Origin: a virus
Virus record (IMG/VR): IMGVR_UViG_3300028596_000009
Coordinates: 102,824-166,823 of that record
Strand: one strand, 5' to 3'
Length of the DNA stretch: 64,000 nucleotides
Shown piece by piece: positions 8,487 through 18,256 of the stretch. The notes under the pieces were generated by a model that saw only the letters and a list, made by a program, of their open reading frames with translations, was not told the origin of the DNA and made no database searches. The position numbers and the translations under genes were made by a program. The first letter of the stretch is position 1; every line of letters begins with the position of its first letter.

Positions 8487-9569
8487 GTGACGCTTCCCGC
8501 TGCACAGCCACCCCCGTCCGGGGCCCTGGTGGTCGCCCCCGCCAAGATCCTCACCTCGAACGAGCGGCACGACCTCGTCAAGTCCCTCTCGGGGTCCACG
8601 TTCCTGCCGACGCACTTCAGGAACAACGAGGCGAACATCTTCTACGCGGTCGAACTCGGCCAGTCCTTCGGGCTGGAGCCGGTCTCGATCATGAAGAACA
8701 TCCACGTCTTCGACGACGGACAGGGCCGTATCCAGGCCGCCCTCTCGGCGGACCTCATGGTCTCCCTCGCGCGGCGCGCGGGGCACGTCGTCCACGTGAA
8801 GGCCACCAAGTCCAAGGCCATCGCGACCCTCGTGCGCGGCGAACTGCTGACCATGGAGGTCGACCGGCTCAAGGCGCTGGCCGAACTCGGCCTGCCGCTC
8901 AAGGACTACTTCACCTTCGAGGAAGTGTGGTCCGAGGAAGACGCCATGACGGCGGGTCTGCTCGGCAAGGGCAACTGGAAGAAGTACCCGCGCGCCATGC
9001 TCCAGGCCCGAGCGAAGGCCGCCATCGTGCGCGCCGCCGCCTCCGAGGTGCTCATCCAGATGTCCGACGCCTCCGCACAGCACGGCGGTCTCATCGTCCA
9101 CGGCGAGCGCATCATGCCGGTCACCACGCACACGGCCGACGAACTCGGCGACGACTCCTCCTTCGAAGTGGACGGCGAGATCCGGATCGAGCGCGCCGAC
9201 CGTGCCTCCAGGAGCAGGACCGCGCCGGTACGGATGAACGCTGACGTCCAGGCCCCGGCGAAGCCCGTCCAGGCGCCTGCCGCCATCCCGGCCCAGCCCT
9301 CCGGCATCCCGAAGCAGACCAACCAGGAAGTCGTCGACTACGTCAAGGCGAACACCGCCACCTCCGTGGCGAAGACCGCGAACGACATAGCCGAGAACGC
9401 CGGGTTCACGGCGGACGACAAGACGAAGCGCCTGATCGCTCTGCACGCCGCGCTGAAGTACCTCGGTCGCCTCACCGAGAAGATCGAAGCCCCCGAAGGC
9501 GTCATGCCCATCGGAGATTTCATCGTCTCGCTGACCACCCAGGTCAAGTCCGCCGCCCCGGCGAAGTAA
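8487..9569 (+). CDS. RecT/Red-beta-like single-strand annealing protein
   Basis: ELGQSFGLEP...IHV...LSADLM...NWKKYPRAML.ARA; adjacent to the exonuclease. Confidence 0.8.
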   Translation: MTLPAAQPPPSGALVVAPAKILTSNERHDLVKSLSGSTFLPTHFRNNEANIFYAVELGQSFGLEPVSIMKNIHVFDDGQGRIQAALSADLMVSLARRAGHVVHVKATKSKAIATLVRGELLTMEVDRLKALAELGLPLKDYFTFEEVWSEEDAMTAGLLGKGNWKKYPRAMLQARAKAAIVRAAASEVLIQMSDASAQHGGLIVHGERIMPVTTHTADELGDDSSFEVDGEIRIERADRASRSRTAPVRMNADVQAPAKPVQAPAAIPAQPSGIPKQTNQEVVDYVKANTATSVAKTANDIAENAGFTADDKTKRLIALHAALKYLGRLTEKIEAPEGVMPIGDFIVSLTTQVKSAAPAK

Positions 9570-9588
9570 CCCCAGAAGGAGAAGCATC

Positions 9589-10641
9589 ATGACCGACGAC
9601 CCGTTCGCGAACCTCGGCGCCACCGGCGCGAAGGACGAGCCGCAGGACGCCCCCGCCGCCGTCGCCGTCGCGGAGCCCAGCTCCGACAGCACGGACCTCG
9701 ACGACTACTTCGCCACCGAGATGACCATCGGCGAGGAGGAGTTCAAGCAGCCGCAGGAGCGCATCCAGTACAAGATGCCCGAGGACAAGACGTGGGTCCC
9801 CGTCGTCATCCTCGACGCCAAGATCGGCCAGCGCGACATGAACGTGATGGTCGCCAAGGACGGCGAGAAGACCGCCGAGCTGCGGTCCATCGACCGGTTC
9901 GAGCTGGAGTGCCAGCACGCCACCGACGTCTACGGCGAACGTTCCTGGCCGTACCTGCTCTCCGCCCCGGTCTTCGACCTGGAGATGCCGACCAAGTCGG
10001 GCCGCACCTGGACCAAGTCGTCCGGCCGCAAGCTCCTCGCCGCGACCCGCGTCACCAAGCCGGGCCAGCGCATCACCAAGGACACGCTCGACGAGCTGGC
10101 CGAAGCGATGAAGGGCAAGGTCGTCATGGCCCAGATCCGCATCGTCGAGAAGAAGAACAAGGAGCGCGTCCCGCTCAAGGACTCCTCCGGCACCATCCTG
10201 CGCGCCCGCGTGGACGACGAGGACGAGTACGTGCGCATCGTGAAGAACGACGCGGGCGAGCTGGTCATGGAGGCCACCGGCCAGATCTGCCCCGTCGGCG
10301 CCGAGTCGCTCCTCAAGGTCGAGGACTACTACCTCATCCCCGATGAGACCGGCCGCATCGTCCACACGATGGAGGAGACGATCCGCTACTTCGACAACCT
10401 CCAGGACGACGTGGCGCCGGTCCCGAACCGCGACGTGGCGTACACCAGGCTCGACGGCAAGCAGGGCAAGGCTGAGGTCACCATGGAGACCGTCGGCGCC
10501 ATGACCACCCGCCCGCTGAAGGTCGGCACCGAGGTCTCCGCCGTCGTCGGCAAGGCCGGTGAGGTCATCCGCCTGTCGTGGATCGGTTCGGCCTGGAACG
10601 AGGTCGAACTCGCCGGGGGAACCGACGTCTTCAAGGGCTGA
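9589..10641 (+). CDS. Probable ssDNA-binding protein
   Basis: Position between annealing protein and primase, acidic terminus, beta-rich, very strong codon bias; function inferred. Confidence 0.45.
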   Translation: MTDDPFANLGATGAKDEPQDAPAAVAVAEPSSDSTDLDDYFATEMTIGEEEFKQPQERIQYKMPEDKTWVPVVILDAKIGQRDMNVMVAKDGEKTAELRSIDRFELECQHATDVYGERSWPYLLSAPVFDLEMPTKSGRTWTKSSGRKLLAATRVTKPGQRITKDTLDELAEAMKGKVVMAQIRIVEKKNKERVPLKDSSGTILRARVDDEDEYVRIVKNDAGELVMEATGQICPVGAESLLKVEDYYLIPDETGRIVHTMEETIRYFDNLQDDVAPVPNRDVAYTRLDGKQGKAEVTMETVGAMTTRPLKVGTEVSAVVGKAGEVIRLSWIGSAWNEVELAGGTDVFKG

Positions 10642-10732
10642 AACCGGTCAGGCCCCGAACGGGCCGCCGCCGGAAGCCAGGTGGTTGAATCGGGTCATAG
10701 CCCACACCACTGAGCGAACGGCCTGAAAGAAG

Positions 10733-10766
10733 GTGAGGGCGGGAGACTTGGATCTCCCGCCCTTAC
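10733..10766. other. Long stem-loop upstream of the primase gene
   Basis: GTGAGGGCGGGAGA-CTTGGA-TCTCCCGCCCTTAC. Confidence 0.6.
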
Positions 10767-10819
10767 TGGTGGCCGGTGTCAGGACCGACCGCCAACCGTC
10801 GAACGAAGAAGGATCCGCG

Positions 10820-13099
10820 ATGAGCTTTACGTTCTTCGACACCCTGTTCCCGGGACAGAGCAGCGACGGCCAGGATCTAGGGTACGTGGTTCTGGCCCTG
10901 TTTCCCGGAGGAACTTTCGACCCTTCCAAGGGCCCCGTACAGAACCATTTCTTCGCATGGCCGTCCCAGCGTGACGAGGTCGTGGCGTTCTGCCTGCACA
11001 ACAGCGAGAGCGACGTCTACACGGTTCCGGCGCTTTTCAAGACGCGTTCCAGCCGCAAGGCCGACAACATCGGGCACATGTGGTGCGTGTACGCCGACGC
11101 CGACACCCTGCCGCTGGAGAACCTGAAGGCCGAGCCGACCCTCATAGTCGAGACGTCTCCCGACCGGCACCACGCCTACTGGACCACGTCCTCCGACAAC
11201 CCCGAGGCGCTGACCGCCGTCTCCCGGGCCATCGCGCACACGCACGCCGACCAGGGCTGTGACCCGAGCGGCTGGGACGCCGGTCAGCTCCTTCGTGTGC
11301 CGGGCACCACGAACAACAAGTACGCGCAGATCGGCCTGGACCCCTTCGAGGTCCGCATCAAGAAGTCCGGCAACCCGTGGTCACTGGAGAAGCTGGCCGA
11401 CCTGTACCCGCCGCCGCCGAACGTGGCACGCGATCCCTCGGTGCAGGACATGCCGCCCCGGTCGAAGTGGTACCTGACTCCGCAGACCATCGAAGAGTCG
11501 TCGGAGATCTTCCACTACAACCCGGACATCTACCAGATGGCCAAATTGGAGCCCCGTCTCGAACAGGACTGGTCCGCCACCATGTGGCGCCTGCTGTGCG
11601 AACTGTCGCGGGTGGGGTGCTCGCGTGAGACCGCGCTGTTCATCGCCAGCGACGCCGAGTGTAACAAGTACAAGCGCGACGGCAGGCCCACGGAGGAGCT
11701 GTGGGTCGAGCTGACCAAGGCGTTCGACGACCCGGCCAACGCTCCGGTCACCACCTCCCTGGAGGCCGCCGAGCGAACCCGCCTGGACGCCTCGGCGAAC
11801 AACCCCGAGAACAAGATGAAGGCGTTCCTGGAGTCCGTGGAGATCCTCCACGCCGGTGAGCGCGAGATGGTCCCCGACGACACCTTCGTGGACCGGTATG
11901 TGGCCTGGGCGTCCACCCGGACCGACGCGCCCGAGATCTACCACCGGTCCGGCGCCGTCACCATGCTGACCGCGATATTCGGGGAGTTCGGCTCCTGCCC
12001 CACCAAGTTCGACTCGAACCTGACCCTGTGGTTCCTGCTGCTCGGCCCCACCACCCGGGCCCGCAAGACGACCGCCATGATGCTCTGGGTCGACCTCCTC
12101 GGCGACCTCGAAGACCACCGGTACAACTACCTACTGGGCTCCGACGTCACCTCTGAGGCGCTGTCCGCGATCCTTCCCAAGCGCAACGGCCGCACCTCCC
12201 TGTTCTACCGCGACGAGGCACACGGTCTGCTGTACGAGCAGGACAAGAAGCGCTACCTGGCCGGTCTGCGTGAGCACATGACCGAGCTGTTCGGTGGTCG
12301 CGTTCGCAAAGCGATGCGTGCCTCGACGGCAACCTCCGACGAGGAAGACGCCCACACCGGCAACGTCACCACCAACTTCGTGATGTTCCTGTGCGGCACC
12401 CTGGACCAGGTGACCCAGGCCCTGACGATCGACGACTACCAGTCCGGCCACCTCGCCCGGTTCCTCGTCTCGGAGGCCGACCCGCCGCCGCTGACCCGTG
12501 AGTCGATGTACATCGAGCAGTACGACGGCATCGACCGCTCCGAGGACCCCTGGCGCCAGCGGCTGATCGACGAGCTGTCCGACGCGCGCGAGTACTGGCA
12601 GAACATCACCGTGCCCGGCAAGCTCAAGATGGTGCCGTTCGACAAGGAAGCCTGGAAGCGTCTCCAGGACGCCCGGTTCGAGATCTACGTGGCGGCACAG
12701 AACGACCCTCAGGCCGAGGCCCTGCTGCCGACCATCGACCGCATGGGCAACTCGATGATGAAGTGCGCCGTGCTGCTGGCCATGTCGGACAAGACGCCCA
12801 CGGTGCGGATGCGTCACGTCCTGAAGGCGATGAGCCTCTCGGAGGAGTGGTACGCCTCGACGGCGAAGATCGCCGGAAAGATCATGCACTCCGCCTGGTC
12901 CTCCCGCCAGGAAGAGATCCTGAAGGCCATCGGCTCGAACGTGGACGGCATCACGGAGTCCGAGCTGTACAAGCGCTTCCGCACCAAGATGCAGGAGAAG
13001 GAGATCGAGTCCGACCTGTCGATGCTGATCAAGTCGAAAATGATCAACAAGATCATCGAGAAGAAGAGGATCCGATACATCCGAGTCAGCAGGATCTGA
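10820..13099 (+). CDS. RepB'-type (AEP) DNA primase fused to a DUF3987-like helicase/ATPase domain
   Basis: YADAD, IVETSP.RHHAYW, LLRVPGT.N.K; C-terminal LLGPTTRARKTT and YRDEAHG motifs. Confidence 0.8.
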   Translation: MSFTFFDTLFPGQSSDGQDLGYVVLALFPGGTFDPSKGPVQNHFFAWPSQRDEVVAFCLHNSESDVYTVPALFKTRSSRKADNIGHMWCVYADADTLPLENLKAEPTLIVETSPDRHHAYWTTSSDNPEALTAVSRAIAHTHADQGCDPSGWDAGQLLRVPGTTNNKYAQIGLDPFEVRIKKSGNPWSLEKLADLYPPPPNVARDPSVQDMPPRSKWYLTPQTIEESSEIFHYNPDIYQMAKLEPRLEQDWSATMWRLLCELSRVGCSRETALFIASDAECNKYKRDGRPTEELWVELTKAFDDPANAPVTTSLEAAERTRLDASANNPENKMKAFLESVEILHAGEREMVPDDTFVDRYVAWASTRTDAPEIYHRSGAVTMLTAIFGEFGSCPTKFDSNLTLWFLLLGPTTRARKTTAMMLWVDLLGDLEDHRYNYLLGSDVTSEALSAILPKRNGRTSLFYRDEAHGLLYEQDKKRYLAGLREHMTELFGGRVRKAMRASTATSDEEDAHTGNVTTNFVMFLCGTLDQVTQALTIDDYQSGHLARFLVSEADPPPLTRESMYIEQYDGIDRSEDPWRQRLIDELSDAREYWQNITVPGKLKMVPFDKEAWKRLQDARFEIYVAAQNDPQAEALLPTIDRMGNSMMKCAVLLAMSDKTPTVRMRHVLKAMSLSEEWYASTAKIAGKIMHSAWSSRQEEILKAIGSNVDGITESELYKRFRTKMQEKEIESDLSMLIKSKMINKIIEKKRIRYIRVSRI

Positions 13100-13123
13100 C
13101 GCACAGGAAAGAAAAGAGCTGCC

Positions 13124-14059
13124 GTGCCCCGCCGCCCCACCGGACGCGCACCGGGGCGGCCCAGGGGACCCGTCACAGCGGAAGGAAAGATCGAACGGGC
13201 CCGCACCATTCTCCCGGATGTGCGGGCCTTCCCGTTTCTGTGCAACGCCGTCGACCGCTCCCTGGCCGCACCCGACACGGTGCTGCGTCGTGAGCAGACC
13301 TCGGACTCCCGCAACGTGATTCTCGTTCACCACTACACCCCCGCAGAACGCGGTCAGATCCTGGCCTTCGCCTGGTGGGTGCACACGAACAGAAGCCGCT
13401 GGGACCGGGAAGAACTCCGAGCCGCCGTCATGATCCTGTCTCCGCTGATGATGTTCTCCTCCTCGTTCTTCGAGGAGATGTCAGGGATTCCCGGGTCGAC
13501 AGTCAAGAAAATCATGGTCAAGCCGCCCCAGGTTACGGCCGCCCGTGTCACCGGCACCTGCGACATGGTCGTCATCCACCGACTCCTGGAATCCGCAGCT
13601 CAGGGCATGGCAGAATACCGGGAGACCGTCCGGGAGTTGTCGATCGCCAAAGGGATTCCCGGCGCGATGCTGGCTCGAATCTCCGGCATTCCCAGGGAAG
13701 TTCTGATCCGTCCCGAGCGAGGAGTCAACTTCTTCGCCGAGAAGCCCGACCTCCTCATGGAGCGCGTCTGCACCGCGAACCAGCGCATCACGTACATCAG
13801 CAGGAACCCTCAGGAAAGGAGAGGATATGACCCACAGCCTGGTAATCAGCGGGCCGTCCGTGATGCCCTCGCAGGTACGTATCTGGGTGAATTCTGTGCT
13901 ACCCATGCTCCCGTACCCGACGACGGCGCGCTTCCGTACCACTTCGCAATCCCTGGGTTCCCCGTTCGGCGTCAGGGGGATCCCGTCGGAATCGACGACC
14001 TGCGAAGGATGCAGGAGTGGCAGATGCTCTACCACCTTCCGATTTCCGCCGCTCTATGA
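13124..14059 (+). CDS. Putative DNA-binding protein (basic N-terminus, two HTH-like segments)
   Basis: RPTGRAPGRPRG; FEEMSGIPGSTVKK and LARISGIPREVL; overlaps the polymerase by 233 nt. Confidence 0.55.
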   Translation: MPRRPTGRAPGRPRGPVTAEGKIERARTILPDVRAFPFLCNAVDRSLAAPDTVLRREQTSDSRNVILVHHYTPAERGQILAFAWWVHTNRSRWDREELRAAVMILSPLMMFSSSFFEEMSGIPGSTVKKIMVKPPQVTAARVTGTCDMVVIHRLLESAAQGMAEYRETVRELSIAKGIPGAMLARISGIPREVLIRPERGVNFFAEKPDLLMERVCTANQRITYISRNPQERRGYDPQPGNQRAVRDALAGTYLGEFCATHAPVPDDGALPYHFAIPGFPVRRQGDPVGIDDLRRMQEWQMLYHLPISAAL

Positions 14060-17000
14060 CCTGCGCGCCCGCGCCAACACCCGCGAGGTCATCCTCGCCA
14101 ACCTGCTCCGCGCAGTCCGCCACATCGCTGGGGAAGACATACCCAAGCCCGACGGCGTGTACCGGCTGCTCACCTCCCGCGAGGAAGCCGAATCCTGGAT
14201 CAAGGTCCGGCAGAAGACCCACGTCCTCGCCATCGACATCGAGGGCGACGGCAACCCCGACACCGTCCACCCCTCCCGCCACGAGATCCTGTGCCTCGGG
14301 ATCCACGACGGGGCCGAGACGGTCGTCCTGCCCGAGGAGCTGTTCCTTCCCGGACTGTGGCCCGAACTGGCCGACCTGCTCGAAGGTGCCGTCACCGTGG
14401 CACACAACGGCAAGTTCGACGCCGCCGTCCTCGGCTGGGTCCTGCGGGGAACGAACAACCCGATCCACATCACGCACGACACGATGCTCGCCCACTACGC
14501 CCTGTGGCCCGCCGGAGGCAACGACGACGAGCATGCCGACAAGTCCTCCACGGCCTTCGCGTACCACGGCCTGAAGCTCCTCGGCGTCCTCTACAACGGC
14601 GTCGAGAACTGGGCGCTGGACCGCTCCGAGTACGAGAACATGCGCTCCGTCCCTCTGAAGCGGCTGTGGAAGTACAACGCCGAGGACGTCCAGCACACCC
14701 ACCTGCTGCTCCAGTTCTTCCGTGACCAGTTCCGCCTGCGGCCCGAGCAGCTCCATGCCTACATGACCGTCTTGATGCCCGCTTCCAACCACCTCACGTG
14801 GCAGGAGGACTCCGGCGTCTGTGTCGATGTGCCCTACGTTCAGACCGAGCTGGTACCCGGCATGACGCAGGAGGTCGAAGACCTCACCCGGGACCTCATC
14901 TACAAGGCGAACCTGATCCTGCCCGGCCACGCGTGGCCCCTGGTCGCGCCCGCGAAACGGCTGCCGGGGGAGACTTCCAAGGAGGCCCGCCGGTTCAACC
15001 CGGGCTCGGCCGACCAGGTCCGCGTCATCCTGGAGAGCCAGGGCGTCGAGCTGCCCGTCGACCGTGAGTCGAAGTCGAAGAAGGGCTCCACGTCCAAGCG
15101 GACCCTGGAGCTGCTGATGCGCGACTCCCGCAAGGGAGACCCGTTCCTCACCAGGCTGCTGGAGCGGCGCAAGGTTGAGAAGATCCTCGGTACGTACGCC
15201 AACCCCCTGGCCACCCGGTCGCACACCAACCACCCCTACCAGGGTCTGCGTGTCTTCCCCGGACTCCACCTGCACAAGACGCTCACCGGCCGTCTGGCGT
15301 CGTCGAACCCGAACATCCAGAACCAGCCCAAGCTGGCCACGATCCGGCGCGCCTACATCCCCTCAGGGCCCGGCCGGGTGGTCTTCCAGGTCGACTACAG
15401 CCAGGCCGAGCTGCGGGTCATGGCCGTCCTCGGCAAGGACCGATTTCTTACCAAGATCTTCAAGGACCCCAGCCTCGACGTCTTCGACGGCATGATGCCC
15501 GGCATTTTCGCTGACATCGACTTCGAGAAAAACCCCGAGAAATACTCGGAATTGCGTCGTCCACTTAAGGCGTGCGTCCCGCTCGACACGATGATCCTCA
15601 CCAAGCGGGGCTGGCTGAAGCACGACGAGGTCCGCATCGGCGACGAGACGCCCGGTCTGACTGCCACCGGTCGTACTGAGTGGACTCGCATCAGCGCCAT
15701 CCACCACCCCGGCAAGCAGAAGGTCTACCGCCTCGGACACTCCCGTTGGAGCTTCCTGTGCACCTCCGACCACCGGTGGGCCGTAGGGAAGCGCAACCGC
15801 AGGGCGAACCAGTACGGCGAGCCGGTCATGGTCGAGGCCAAGGACATCACCAAGGACTCGGTGATCTACGTGGCCGGTGAGCTGGCGGATGAGAACATCT
15901 CCTTCCTCACGGACGACGAGGTGCGCATCCTGGCCTGGATCCAGTCGGACGGGTACCTGAAGGTGGCACAGTCCACCGGTGGCCCCTCCCAGGGTCGTGA
16001 TGGATCCAAGCGCCAGGTGAACGCTTCGATACAGCAGGCCAAGCCGCAGTGCGTCGAGGAGATCAAGGAGCTGCTGAGGGACGTTCCGCACGGCGTGGGT
16101 GTGCGTCCTGGAGTGAACCACGAGACGGCGTACGACTTCCGCCTCTCCAGCCCCTGGACGCGTGACCTGCTCAGCCGAGCCAGACTCCTAGACGGAGGGA
16201 TCGAGGACTTCGTTCTCCGGCTCCCGGCTGCCCAGCGACACATCTGGCTGGACACCTTCTGGAAGGCTGAGGGGCACATGAACGGCAAGGCCCGCTGCAT
16301 CACCCAGAAGCGCGGCGAGAAGGCCGACGCCATCGCCCTGGCGGGATACCTGTGCGGCTACCGGGTCAGCGTCACCACCCACACCAAGGGAAGCGGTGTC
16401 GTCAAGATCCTGCTCAGCCACGTGACCGACGTGGGCACCAACACCATGACCATGACCGAGCACTCCGAGGAAGAGGTCTGGTGCGTCACCACGGAGAACG
16501 GTAACTGGACCGCCCGCCAGGGTGACGTGACGGCCAACACGGGTAACTGCGTCTACGGGCTCGCCTTCGCCAGAGGTGCGAAAGATATCGCGGAAGACCT
16601 CGGAATGGAGACCGCCTACGCGCAGGGAATCATCGACGGCTTCCTCTCCTCCGCGCTCGGCGTGACCCGGTGGCGGCAGGACGTCATCGACCACATCCAG
16701 TACGAGATCCCCCTGGTCAGCCGTCTCGGCCGGTACTTCCTCCACCAGCCCGTCAACGACAAGAACCGCGACGACATCAACCGCTCCGCCCTGTCGTTCC
16801 TGCCCCAGTCCTCCGCCTCCGACTGCTGCCTGCTGGCCGCCGTGGAGCTGGGCAAGCACATCCGCAGCAACGACCTCGACTGGGACATGAGCGCCCTCAT
16901 CCACGACGCGATCATCCTCGACGTCCCGCAGGACCAGGTCGAGGAGGCGATGAAGGTCACCGGCGACTTCATGGTGGCGTCGGCGGCCAAGTGGTTCCCC

Positions 17001-17135
17001 GAGGTCCCGTTCGCGGTCGACGGCACATGGGGCTGGTCGTGGGCCGACTTCGACGACAAGAAGCTCCAGAAGAACATGAAGACCCTGACCTCCGACGAGA
17101 TCAAGACGGTCCGCCGCGAAGATCTGGTCGGCTGA
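13827..17135 (+). CDS. polA: Family A DNA polymerase with 3'-5' exonuclease, intein-containing
   Basis: DIE, HNGKFD, YNAED exonuclease motifs; TGRLASSNPNIQNQP, DYSQAELRVMA, IHDA; strong RBS. Confidence 0.95.
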   Translation: MTHSLVISGPSVMPSQVRIWVNSVLPMLPYPTTARFRTTSQSLGSPFGVRGIPSESTTCEGCRSGRCSTTFRFPPLYDLRARANTREVILANLLRAVRHIAGEDIPKPDGVYRLLTSREEAESWIKVRQKTHVLAIDIEGDGNPDTVHPSRHEILCLGIHDGAETVVLPEELFLPGLWPELADLLEGAVTVAHNGKFDAAVLGWVLRGTNNPIHITHDTMLAHYALWPAGGNDDEHADKSSTAFAYHGLKLLGVLYNGVENWALDRSEYENMRSVPLKRLWKYNAEDVQHTHLLLQFFRDQFRLRPEQLHAYMTVLMPASNHLTWQEDSGVCVDVPYVQTELVPGMTQEVEDLTRDLIYKANLILPGHAWPLVAPAKRLPGETSKEARRFNPGSADQVRVILESQGVELPVDRESKSKKGSTSKRTLELLMRDSRKGDPFLTRLLERRKVEKILGTYANPLATRSHTNHPYQGLRVFPGLHLHKTLTGRLASSNPNIQNQPKLATIRRAYIPSGPGRVVFQVDYSQAELRVMAVLGKDRFLTKIFKDPSLDVFDGMMPGIFADIDFEKNPEKYSELRRPLKACVPLDTMILTKRGWLKHDEVRIGDETPGLTATGRTEWTRISAIHHPGKQKVYRLGHSRWSFLCTSDHRWAVGKRNRRANQYGEPVMVEAKDITKDSVIYVAGELADENISFLTDDEVRILAWIQSDGYLKVAQSTGGPSQGRDGSKRQVNASIQQAKPQCVEEIKELLRDVPHGVGVRPGVNHETAYDFRLSSPWTRDLLSRARLLDGGIEDFVLRLPAAQRHIWLDTFWKAEGHMNGKARCITQKRGEKADAIALAGYLCGYRVSVTTHTKGSGVVKILLSHVTDVGTNTMTMTEHSEEEVWCVTTENGNWTARQGDVTANTGNCVYGLAFARGAKDIAEDLGMETAYAQGIIDGFLSSALGVTRWRQDVIDHIQYEIPLVSRLGRYFLHQPVNDKNRDDINRSALSFLPQSSASDCCLLAAVELGKHIRSNDLDWDMSALIHDAIILDVPQDQVEEAMKVTGDFMVASAAKWFPEVPFAVDGTWGWSWADFDDKKLQKNMKTLTSDEIKTVRREDLVG
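15573..16547 (+). mobile_element. Intein (325 aa) with LAGLIDADG-type endonuclease in polymerase motif B
   Basis: KA|CVPLDT...TSDHRW...VWCVTT...TGN|CVYG; AWIQSDG and FWKAEG motifs. Confidence 0.9.
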
Positions 17136-17145
17136 GGAGAAGACG

Positions 17146-17760
17146 ATGGACTACCCGTACTACCTGACCGCCATGGACCCCGGCGGCACCACCGGCCTGA
17201 CCCTGAACAGGATCTCGGACGAAGACTTCGTCCTGGTGGACAGCGCCGCCGTCCCGTACCGGAAGGACACCACCGGGCCGGTCGGGAAGATGAAGGAGTG
17301 GGTCGAGGAGCACTCCGATCACCCGCACATCCTGGTCTACGAGGACTTCCACGTCCGCCCCGTACGCGGGCCGGTGGACACCACGGCCATCAACGTCATC
17401 AGCGAGGTGAAGAGCTGGCTCGCCGAAGGGGACCAGAACCAGGAGCTGGCCGAGATCCACGGACTTCTCCAGGGGTTGAAGCAGTTCGTCCAGATCGGCG
17501 GGCAGTCCGTCTACACGGCCATCATGGAGCGCATGGCCACCCTCTACGACTCCGAGGTCACCGGTCCGTACCGGATGGTGCTGCGGCAGACACCGACGGA
17601 AGGCAAGCGCATGGTTCCCGACGACGCGCTGAAGCGGGCGGGGATGTGGCTCTCCGGGCCGGACGCGCAGCACATGAGGGACGCACAGAGGCATGCGGCC
17701 ACTTACCTCGCCAAGAGGAAGTACATGCCCCTGTGCCGGATCGCGTGGCCCCGGGACTAA
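17146..17760 (+). CDS. RuvC-like Holliday junction resolvase
   Basis: AMDPGGTTG, LVYEDF, HMRDAQRH. Confidence 0.75.
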   Translation: MDYPYYLTAMDPGGTTGLTLNRISDEDFVLVDSAAVPYRKDTTGPVGKMKEWVEEHSDHPHILVYEDFHVRPVRGPVDTTAINVISEVKSWLAEGDQNQELAEIHGLLQGLKQFVQIGGQSVYTAIMERMATLYDSEVTGPYRMVLRQTPTEGKRMVPDDALKRAGMWLSGPDAQHMRDAQRHAATYLAKRKYMPLCRIAWPRD

Positions 17761-18086
17761 GAGCCTTCGATGAGCTGAGCCGGAGCCTGGAAGTATCCCT
17801 TGGTGGTCTGCGTCGTCGCACCCGGGGAGAGGAAAGGCTGAGCAAAGTTGTCGATCAGAGCGACGATCTGATCCATCAGGAGATCAAGATCCGCTCCGGT
17901 GGAGTTGGGGATGACGACCTCCCGGATCATGAAAGAGTCGGGAGGTCCGAAGGGGTGGAGGGATTCCCCTACCGGATCCTCACTCGGCTGCGTGATGCGG
18001 ACGGCGGCACGCAGCAGGGGGAACGAGTAGCCGGTCCCGTCCATCATGACCTGCGTCTCGCTCCAGTCGGCGCCTTCGGGTATCAC
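17757..18086 (-). CDS. Hypothetical protein, last gene of the late operon
   Basis: GGAGG RBS, coupled to the upstream gene. Confidence 0.65.
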   Translation of the reverse strand: MIPEGADWSETQVMMDGTGYSFPLLRAAVRITQPSEDPVGESLHPFGPPDSFMIREVVIPNSTGADLDLLMDQIVALIDNFAQPFLSPGATTQTTKGYFQAPAQLIEGS

Positions 18087-18256
18087 TATGCCTCCGTCTT
18101 CCGGTTGTTCTGCTGGGTCCGCTCAGTCTCCAGCTCTTCGATCCTCCGCCGGTAGGTGAGGGCCTGAGCCCGGAGAATCGAGTTCTCGTAGATGAGATCG
18201 CCGACCTTCTCCCTCAGGCCATCGATCACGTCACTCGACGAAACGGAGTCCGTCAC
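18086..18256 (-). CDS. Small coiled-coil protein (MTDSVSSSDVIDGLREKVGDLIYENSILRAQ...)
   Basis: 56-aa ORF absent from the ORF track; GTGA overlap with the upstream stop. Confidence 0.7.
   Translation of the reverse strand: MTDSVSSSDVIDGLREKVGDLIYENSILRAQALTYRRRIEELETERTQQNNRKTEA

Noticed and set aside
14036-14050. Frameshift fusing ORF 13124 to the polymerase at CGATTTCC
   Set aside because: TTT lies in the polymerase frame, so no plausible tRNA re-pairing; the polymerase has its own strong RBS
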